NCBI GenBank assembly: GCA_028275885.1
Contig: JAPWTW010000004.1
Span: forward strand, 30,001 to 62,000
Direction of reading: 5' to 3'
Length of the DNA: 32,000 nucleotides
Origin: Candidatus Nanopusillus sp.
GTDB lineage: Archaea > Nanobdellota > Nanobdellia > Nanobdellales > Nanobdellaceae
The notes below the pieces were generated by a model that was given only the letters and a program-made list of their open reading frames with translations, was not told the origin of the DNA and did no database searches. The translations under genes and the position numbers were made by a program. Below are positions 17,582 to 24,258 of the stretch, piece after piece (position 1 is the first letter of the stretch; each line of letters starts with the position of its first letter).

Positions 17582-18051
17582 ATTATAATATAGCTATTGT
17601 TGTATATTATAAATATGCTGTTGTATGGATATATATTTCCTCCACTATTATTTAAATGGAATATAATTTTATTTGGATTAAATTTAGTATAATTTTGTAC
17701 ATATTGTATTAATGTTGCTGAATTTAGGATAATATTCTTATTTATATAAACATCATAACATATATTAAATAATTTATTTGTATTTACATTATTATTATAA
17801 CAATTTAATATTAATCCTACTATACTTAAATAAATTGTATCAATACTCTCATTTGTATATATTATATTTATTGCAGAAGGATAATATTTTTCACATGATG
17901 GAGAAAAACCACCTTGTGATATTAATGTTTGACAATAATATGCTTGAGAATTGCTAAAGAATTTTGTATATATAATACTCAATATAACTGCGACAGATAT
18001 TATTGCTATTATTATTATAAATATTGTATCTATTGTTATATCATTCTTCAT
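17572..18051 (-). CDS. Cluster protein 4: small N-terminally anchored protein (pilin-like topology)
   Basis: 159 codons. N-terminus MKNDITIDTIFIIIIAIISVAVILSIIY. 4 Cys. C-terminal NSIFIIYNNSYIIIW motif. 4-nt overlap upstream. Confidence 0.7.
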   Translation of the reverse strand: MKNDITIDTIFIIIIAIISVAVILSIIYTKFFSNSQAYYCQTLISQGGFSPSCEKYYPSAINIIYTNESIDTIYLSIVGLILNCYNNNVNTNKLFNICYDVYINKNIILNSATLIQYVQNYTKFNPNKIIFHLNNSGGNIYPYNSIFIIYNNSYIIIWQ

Positions 18052-18332
18052 ATATAATTAATACTTCCATTATAAATATATATAATTCTATATCCAGCAG
18101 GTATTGTTATTCCATTTATTGTACAATTTTCATTAAGAAATACTTTAATATCAATTATTTCTTGAAAACTTTTATTATATAAGTTTTTTAGTTGTTGGCA
18201 ATTAATTGTTTGTATACTATTTTCACTTAAATTATTTTTTACATTATAAATATAATAAAAAGAAAATAGGCCAGCAGCTATAATTAATATAAAAGTTATT
18301 ATAATCCAATATATTGTTTGTTGTAATTTCAT
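18048..18332 (-). CDS. Cluster protein 3: small N-terminally anchored protein (pilin-like topology)
   Basis: 94 codons. N-terminus MKLQQTIYWIIITFILIIAAGLFSFYY. 2 Cys. C-terminal GYRIIYIYNGSINYI motif. 4-nt overlap with the platform gene. Confidence 0.65.
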   Translation of the reverse strand: MKLQQTIYWIIITFILIIAAGLFSFYYIYNVKNNLSENSIQTINCQQLKNLYNKSFQEIIDIKVFLNENCTINGITIPAGYRIIYIYNGSINYI

Positions 18333-20299
18333 AATTGTATATTTGTTGGTAAATATGGGCCAAATATTGTATATACTATTAATATTCCTATTATTGAAAA
18401 TATAACATAAAATATTGTTCCAGACAATAAATTTCTACCTATATAATATGATGTCATTGTATTGTCAAATCCATATTTTATTCCAGCACTCATATATGAA
18501 GTTATTATTACATATTCTATAAAAAATGTACCAATTATTGCTTCAAAAAATGTTGGCGGTATTAAATTATATAGATTAAATGTATTTACAACAAAATTGA
18601 ATATATTTGTTCCTCCACCAAGACCAAAAGATTGATCTATTAATTGAAAGAAATATGCAAGTGCAAAAAGCATTGAAACTATACCATTATTAAAAATTGT
18701 AACTATTGCAGAAATTAATGGTACAAGATTTTTTGATGTTATATCTATTAATCCAATTATTTCATTTAATATTTTTCTTACGCTATATCTTATGTTATTT
18801 ACATTTTCTAAGTTTGTTGATATATTATATGCGATCTTTGATAAAACTTCAGGACCTTTTGATACAGAAGTAACTAAAAGTTGCATAGATTCTCTTACTA
18901 ATTTTGATGGATATAAATTTAATGAACCAATTTTTGAATCAAATATAGAAGTACTTAAATCATAACCCCTTCTTAAATTATATAATGTTGTTTTTAGAAA
19001 ATTTTCCATAATTCCAGATGATTTTATTATTTTATAATTATAATATGTTTTTTCAATTACTATTTCAAATGGATAGCCATCTTCTAATAATGATGCAAAT
19101 TCATATATAACAATTGGAAACTCATTTTCTATTTCTTCAATTTGATATATTTTTTTAACTTTTTGAAAAGATGTTAAATAATAATAAGATCCTATACTTA
19201 AACCCAACCCTAAAGGTAATGTTAAAGTTAAAACAGAATATATTAGCGCTCTATCTTGATAAACTATATTTAAATATTCACTTAAAAATCCCTGTGGAAT
19301 AAATGTAATTCTTATAGCTAAAGAAACTAAATGATATATTCCCAGAACTGCAATCGATCCCAATATTATTGAAATTATTATTGCTGGAACTTCTTTATTT
19401 CCAATTTTAAATTTTCCAGGTTTTGGTAAATCTCTTGCTAAAGATAAATCTGGAACAGAAAATGCAAAAGGATTTTTTGATAGGAAGTTTTGAATTATTA
19501 AAAATGTAATAACTGGTAAAATTATTATATATGAAAATGCTATGAAATAGAAACTTACAGTATTTAATAAAAATGTAGATATTATTGGTAATAGCAATAA
19601 ACTAACTATTGGCATCATTACTAAAAAAGATACTATAACTGTTGCAGGTTCTTTTAAGGCATCTACATATAATTGGGATTTTTCTAATGATTTTTTTAAT
19701 ACCCATCCCAATATTCTATCTAATAATTTATTTATATCATCAATAGATGTTTTATATTTAATATTTACAATATGTGTCATTGCATATGCAAAATCTGGAC
19801 TTAAATAAAACCATCGTCTTTGATAGTATTCTAATGCAGATTCTATATCTTTAAATTTATTTGTTTCTAAATTATATAATAATGATCTAAAGTCTGTTGC
19901 AATATAACCTCTCATATAATATGCTACATATTTTATTCCATTTTCTAAATTAGGATTCCTTTTTAGATATAATGATAAATATAATATTATCCATATAATT
20001 TCTGATGTTACTTGAATTCTAATAACCTGTGTATAAAATATTGGATAATATGCAAAATAGAATGATAATATTAATAAAGATATTAATAAAGAAAAAGCAA
20101 ATTGAAAGCTAACAAAACTTAAAATAAAATATATAACTATAGAAAATAATATTAGAGTTACTACAGAAGAAAATATATTATCAGGATTTGTATTTAATCT
20201 ATTTAACCATAAATGAAAGGTATATTTTTTATATATTGGATCAGGAGCTTTTAGTTTTATTAAATTAAAATTATTATAAAAATATTCAAAAAAACTCAT
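18329..20299 (-). CDS. Cluster protein 2: polytopic membrane protein, FlaJ/TadC/PilC-like (T2SS-F type) platform candidate
   Basis: 656 codons. Two helical soluble segments, each followed by TM helices, are arranged like the duplicated T2SS-F domain. First segment: NLENGIKYVAYYMRGYIATDFRSLLYNLETNKFKDIESALEYY. Second segment: EFPIVIYEFASLLEDGYPFEIVIEKT...LRRGYDLSTSIFDS...YPSKLVRESMQLLVTSVSKGPEVLSKIAYNI. Zero Cys. Assigned by eye, not by profile search. Confidence 0.5.
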   Translation of the reverse strand: MSFFEYFYNNFNLIKLKAPDPIYKKYTFHLWLNRLNTNPDNIFSSVVTLILFSIVIYFILSFVSFQFAFSLLISLLILSFYFAYYPIFYTQVIRIQVTSEIIWIILYLSLYLKRNPNLENGIKYVAYYMRGYIATDFRSLLYNLETNKFKDIESALEYYQRRWFYLSPDFAYAMTHIVNIKYKTSIDDINKLLDRILGWVLKKSLEKSQLYVDALKEPATVIVSFLVMMPIVSLLLLPIISTFLLNTVSFYFIAFSYIIILPVITFLIIQNFLSKNPFAFSVPDLSLARDLPKPGKFKIGNKEVPAIIISIILGSIAVLGIYHLVSLAIRITFIPQGFLSEYLNIVYQDRALIYSVLTLTLPLGLGLSIGSYYYLTSFQKVKKIYQIEEIENEFPIVIYEFASLLEDGYPFEIVIEKTYYNYKIIKSSGIMENFLKTTLYNLRRGYDLSTSIFDSKIGSLNLYPSKLVRESMQLLVTSVSKGPEVLSKIAYNISTNLENVNNIRYSVRKILNEIIGLIDITSKNLVPLISAIVTIFNNGIVSMLFALAYFFQLIDQSFGLGGGTNIFNFVVNTFNLYNLIPPTFFEAIIGTFFIEYVIITSYMSAGIKYGFDNTMTSYYIGRNLLSGTIFYVIFSIIGILIVYTIFGPYLPTNIQL

Positions 20300-20303
20300 T
20301 ACA

Positions 20304-21065
20304 TTAGCTTGTTACACTTGGTATATTATTTAACTGGGAATATGGTACTTGTAATAAGAATTGACATAATGGCATTCCATTGACATTATTATTTATACCT
20401 AATGCTGTACAATTTCCAGTTACTACTAATATTCCATTACTAACTGTTAAATTCAAATTACATCCATTTGCAGTATTATAATAGTTAATTATCTTTAATA
20501 ATGCACCAAATACTTGGTTTGTAATCCATGTTGGCAATTGTGCAGAACATTGTGCTGGACCTGGATATAATATTTGAGATGGAGAGGAAATAATAATATT
20601 TGCTTGTCCTGATTTTATATCAAATGATGTAGCAGGAGAATAATTTCCAAATACATAACTTGTTGCTTGTGCTGGACTATAATATAGATCATTAATATAA
20701 TACTGACATTCTATATACATACAGTTAAGAGGCGTTATAGTATATCCTTCATGTTGACATTGACTAGAAGGGCCACCATATAATTGTAATATTACACTAC
20801 ATGGAACAGCATTTGAACAGATATAATATCCAGGACTTACTTGTACAAGTCCATTTCCTATATTTTCATATTTTGTACAAAATGTTGTTGGGGTTGAACA
20901 ATAGCTTGAACAATCTGAAACTGCCTGTTGTATTTGCGTATTTGATATTGTACTAATTTTTGATGATTGTTGTTGGAATAATTTAATTACAATAACTGCT
21001 ACTACTAACATTATTATTATTACAAATATTAACTGTACAGCTATATCTATACCTCTCCTTCTCAT
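20304..21065 (-). CDS. Cluster protein 1: pilin-like Cys-rich protein with class III-like signal peptide
   Basis: N-terminus MRRRG-IDIAVQLIFVIIIMLVVAVIVIKLF: a basic head ending in R-G followed by a long hydrophobic helix, as in archaeal type IV pilin-like precursors. 12 Cys. First gene of the cluster. Confidence 0.65.
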   Translation of the reverse strand: MRRRGIDIAVQLIFVIIIMLVVAVIVIKLFQQQSSKISTISNTQIQQAVSDCSSYCSTPTTFCTKYENIGNGLVQVSPGYYICSNAVPCSVILQLYGGPSSQCQHEGYTITPLNCMYIECQYYINDLYYSPAQATSYVFGNYSPATSFDIKSGQANIIISSPSQILYPGPAQCSAQLPTWITNQVFGALLKIINYYNTANGCNLNLTVSNGILVVTGNCTALGINNNVNGMPLCQFLLQVPYSQLNNIPSVTS

Positions 21066-21088
21066 AATTAAGGATAAACATTTTATTC

Positions 21089-21096
21089 TTTATAAA
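21089..21096 (-). promoter_or_regulatory. Putative TATA box for the 12-gene cluster (leaderless spacing)
   Basis: Palindromic TTTATAAA in the 36-nt gap between the DUF371 stop (21102) and the cluster start (21065), centred about 27 nt upstream of the ATG. Confidence 0.35.
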
Positions 21097-21101
21097 TATT
21101 T

Positions 21102-21509
21102 TTAATAATATATAATAAATTCTATATCTCTTTCATTCCTTAATCTTTCTATTAATCTTCTATCAATATCAATAGCACTCTTATTTGAATTTATTGCCAA
21201 AGTTCTATCATCAATATAATTGCTTTTTCTTATAACAATACTTCTATCATTTGTTAATAATAATCTTCTTGAACCATATGCAATTATCTTATCTATTAAT
21301 TCATCAACTTTAATTACAATTTTTATTTTTCCTTCATTTAATAAATGATCTTTAAGATCCTCTGGTAAATCTTTTACAGAGTAATTTGCACTTATACCAA
21401 TTATACAATCCCCTCTTTCAGTTAAATAATTGTCTTTAGTAATTTCTAAAGTACTTTTATGTGTTGCTTTTATTAATTTATTTCCCTTAGCTTTTATTAC
21501 TAATTTCAT
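21102..21509 (-). CDS. DUF371-family protein
   Basis: About 135 aa archaeal pattern: KATHKSTLEITKDNYLTERGDCIIGISAN..., as I recall for DUF371. Recognised by eye. Confidence 0.6.
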   Translation of the reverse strand: MKLVIKAKGNKLIKATHKSTLEITKDNYLTERGDCIIGISANYSVKDLPEDLKDHLLNEGKIKIVIKVDELIDKIIAYGSRRLLLTNDRSIVIRKSNYIDDRTLAINSNKSAIDIDRRLIERLRNERDIEFIIYY

Positions 21510-22338
21510 TTAAGTAATTTAATATTTCTCTTGTAACATTTTTATTTAAATATTTATCAAACCCCTCATATTGAAATATATGATGTAAATCTATTAAATA
21601 ATATTGATTATCTTTTAATAATAGATCAAATGCAAATATTTGTAAGTCGCATTTTTCCATAATTTTATATCCAATATCTATTATTTCTTCATCTAATTTA
21701 TATTTTCTTCCATATCCACCCTGACTAATATTTGCCTTAAAACTATTTTTATTAATTCTTTCCATTGCATCAATAGGTTTTCCCACAAAAATTATCCTTA
21801 TATCTTTCTCATAAGGTATATATTTTTGAAATATTAAATGTTTTATATTTATTTTCTTCTCCAATAAATATTTTTCTAAAAAATCATATAATTCTTTTTC
21901 ATTATCTATTTTATGTACAAATTCTCCTCTATGAGCAAATTGATGCTTTATTATCATTGGAAATCCTATCTTATTTATTACATATTCTATGTTATCTATT
22001 GAATATATCTTCACAAATTCTGGAATTTTTATATATTTATTAAGAACACTATAAAATAAGGTTTTTGATATTATAGATTCTTTAACATGTATTTTATTTA
22101 TTACTTCTTTTCCATTTTTTTCAAGATATTTTGCCAAAAAGTGTATATCAGATAAAAAATTTGATCCAACGAAAAAGTAATATATATCATAGTTTAATAT
22201 TTTTTCATTATATGGAAATATGTTATCCTTTTCTATATCAATTATTTCAATGTTATTATAATTTTTTATTTCTTCTTTTAACTTTATTATTCTATAATCT
22301 TGTAAATCAGGTTTTGTTAATATAGCTACTCTACCCAT
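21487..22338 (-). CDS. ATP-grasp ligase, RimK-like family
   Basis: ATP-grasp pattern: GFPMIIKHQFAHRGEFVHKI, IFQKYIPYEKDIRIIFVGKPIDAMERI...FKANISQGGYGRKYKL, FAFDLLLKDNQYYLIDLH. Its 3' end overlaps the downstream DUF371 gene by 23 nt. Confidence 0.7.
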   Translation of the reverse strand: MGRVAILTKPDLQDYRIIKLKEEIKNYNNIEIIDIEKDNIFPYNEKILNYDIYYFFVGSNFLSDIHFLAKYLEKNGKEVINKIHVKESIISKTLFYSVLNKYIKIPEFVKIYSIDNIEYVINKIGFPMIIKHQFAHRGEFVHKIDNEKELYDFLEKYLLEKKINIKHLIFQKYIPYEKDIRIIFVGKPIDAMERINKNSFKANISQGGYGRKYKLDEEIIDIGYKIMEKCDLQIFAFDLLLKDNQYYLIDLHHIFQYEGFDKYLNKNVTREILNYLNEISNKS

Positions 22339-22389
22339 TCTTAATATCTGAGAGGTAAAGTTATAAGTTTTTTATAAAAAATAAAATAA

Positions 22390-22704
22390 ATGGCTAAATC
22401 TACTAAAAAGTCCAAATCTAAAAAAGCTTCCAAGGTTAATCAAACTAAAAAAAGTTTAAGTGAGTTATCAGAAATTGATATAACAAAACATTATTTAGTA
22501 CCAAAACATATAATATTATCTGAAGAAGAAAAGAAAGAATTATTAGAAAAGTATAAAGTATCTTTATCAGATTTACCAAAGATTAAAATATCAGATCCGG
22601 CAATAAAGAATTTAAATGCTAAGCCTGGAGATATTGTTAAGATTATAAGAAATAATCCATGGATTGGGGAAGAAATATATTATAGAGTTGTTGTTGAGGA
22701 TTAA
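22390..22704 (+). CDS. rpoH: DNA-directed RNA polymerase subunit H (Rpo5), with Lys/Ser-rich N-terminal extension
   Basis: Core [42 protein letters not shown]...[11 protein letters not shown]...YYRVVV matches archaeal RpoH. It sits directly upstream of rpoB. Confidence 0.9.
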   Translation: MAKSTKKSKSKKASKVNQTKKSLSELSEIDITKHYLVPKHIILSEEEKKELLEKYKVSLSDLPKIKISDPAIKNLNAKPGDIVKIIRNNPWIGEEIYYRVVVED

Positions 22705-22736
22705 GCTTATAAGGATATCTTATATATAAATAAAAA

Positions 22737-24257
22737 GTGGCTAATAATAATGTAGACAATTATATCTTATTTTATAAATATTTGGAGGAAAATGATCTGT
22801 TAGGAGTGCAACTTAGGTCCTTTGAATATTTTGTTGATGTAGAAATGACAAAGATTGGAAGGAAATTGGGGACATTTTCTCCAAGATTATTAGCTCCAGG
22901 ATTAAGGGATCTACAATTTAAAATAGAAAGAATATGGTTGGGGAAGGCAGACTTTATGGAAAAGGAAGGAGTTTCTAGATTAATATATCCTATAGAGGCT
23001 AGAATTAGAAAACTTACATACGCTGGAACAGTATATATGGAATTCTCTGTATATGAAAATGAAACATTTAAAAGTAAATATCAGGTATCTATTGGCAGAT
23101 TACCAATAATGGTTAGATCAAAATATTGTAATACTTATGGATTATCTGAAGAAGAATTAATAAGAATTGGAGAGGATCCTACAGATAGAGGTGGATATTT
23201 TATTATTAATGGAAATGAAAAATTAATTATATTATCCGAAGAACTTGCTACAAATAAATTTTATGTTCAAAAAGAATCTGGTTCTGTAAGATATAGTGGA
23301 TATTTACTATCAGAATCTTTAACTCAATTAAGGGCTCACAGAATGGAAATGACAAAAGATGGTTTATTATACTTATCATTTGAGAAATATAAAAGGGTTC
23401 CTTTAATACCATTGGTAAGGGCTCTTGGTTTAGAAAAGGATGTTGAAATAAACCAATTAATTTCTGAAGAGGATGATTTTGAAGAAGTATATATTAATTT
23501 ATTGGAGTTCCAAGATATAAAAACTTCTGAAGATGCAATAAGATATTTGGCTGATAAATTAAAATTAACAGGATCTCCAGAAGTTAAAAGAGAAAAATTA
23601 TTATCAATATTAGATAATTTATTATTACCGAATATTGGAACATCACCAAATGATAGATTATTAAAGGCGTACAATTTATTGAAGATGGCAAGAAAGTTAT
23701 TATTATTAGCCCATGAAAAAATTAATGAAGATGTGAAAGATCATTTTGCAAATAAAATAGTTAGAACACCTGGAGAATTAATGAGAGAAATTTTCTTAGT
23801 TACTTTAAGAACATTGATGACAGATGCAATGTATCAATATGAAAGGTTGGTGAAAAGGGGAAAAATACCCACATATACATCTATATTTAGATCAAAAATA
23901 TTTACTGAGAGGTTTGAAAATGTAATGGCTATGGGGAAATGGACAAGAAATAGGACTGGAATTTCACAGAATCTTGATAGAACAAATAAAATTTCTGTCT
24001 TATCTCATTTAACAAGGGTTGTTTCTTCAATATCTGGAGAAGCTGAATTATTAGAAGCAAGAATGGCTCATGGTACACACTGGGGTAGATTGGATTTAAT
24101 AGAAACACCCGAAGGTCATGAAACTGGATTGAGAAAAAATAAAACAATACTATCAAAAATAAGTTTTGAGGAGGTTGATAAAGATGAATTAATTAGGAGA
24201 TTAGAAGATATAGGATTAAGGCCAACAGTTAAAAATATTTCAGATATAAAAAAATAA
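22737..24257 (+). CDS. rpoB2: DNA-directed RNA polymerase subunit B'' (N-terminal half of split RpoB)
   Basis: GTG start. Conserved RpoB N-terminal blocks (IGRLPIMVRSKYC, GGYFIINGNEKLII, LSHLTRV). Followed 1 nt later by B'. Confidence 0.92.
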   Translation: MANNNVDNYILFYKYLEENDLLGVQLRSFEYFVDVEMTKIGRKLGTFSPRLLAPGLRDLQFKIERIWLGKADFMEKEGVSRLIYPIEARIRKLTYAGTVYMEFSVYENETFKSKYQVSIGRLPIMVRSKYCNTYGLSEEELIRIGEDPTDRGGYFIINGNEKLIILSEELATNKFYVQKESGSVRYSGYLLSESLTQLRAHRMEMTKDGLLYLSFEKYKRVPLIPLVRALGLEKDVEINQLISEEDDFEEVYINLLEFQDIKTSEDAIRYLADKLKLTGSPEVKREKLLSILDNLLLPNIGTSPNDRLLKAYNLLKMARKLLLLAHEKINEDVKDHFANKIVRTPGELMREIFLVTLRTLMTDAMYQYERLVKRGKIPTYTSIFRSKIFTERFENVMAMGKWTRNRTGISQNLDRTNKISVLSHLTRVVSSISGEAELLEARMAHGTHWGRLDLIETPEGHETGLRKNKTILSKISFEEVDKDELIRRLEDIGLRPTVKNISDIKK

Positions 24258-24258
24258 A

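Noticed and set aside
9694-22338. Search for a secretion or pilus ATPase (Walker A GxxxxGK[ST]) in the cluster and its flanks
   Set aside because: None found in the 12 cluster proteins or in DUF371. The ATP-grasp protein is a ligase fold, not a VirB11/PilB ATPase. Absence is reported as a finding rather than forcing an assignment.
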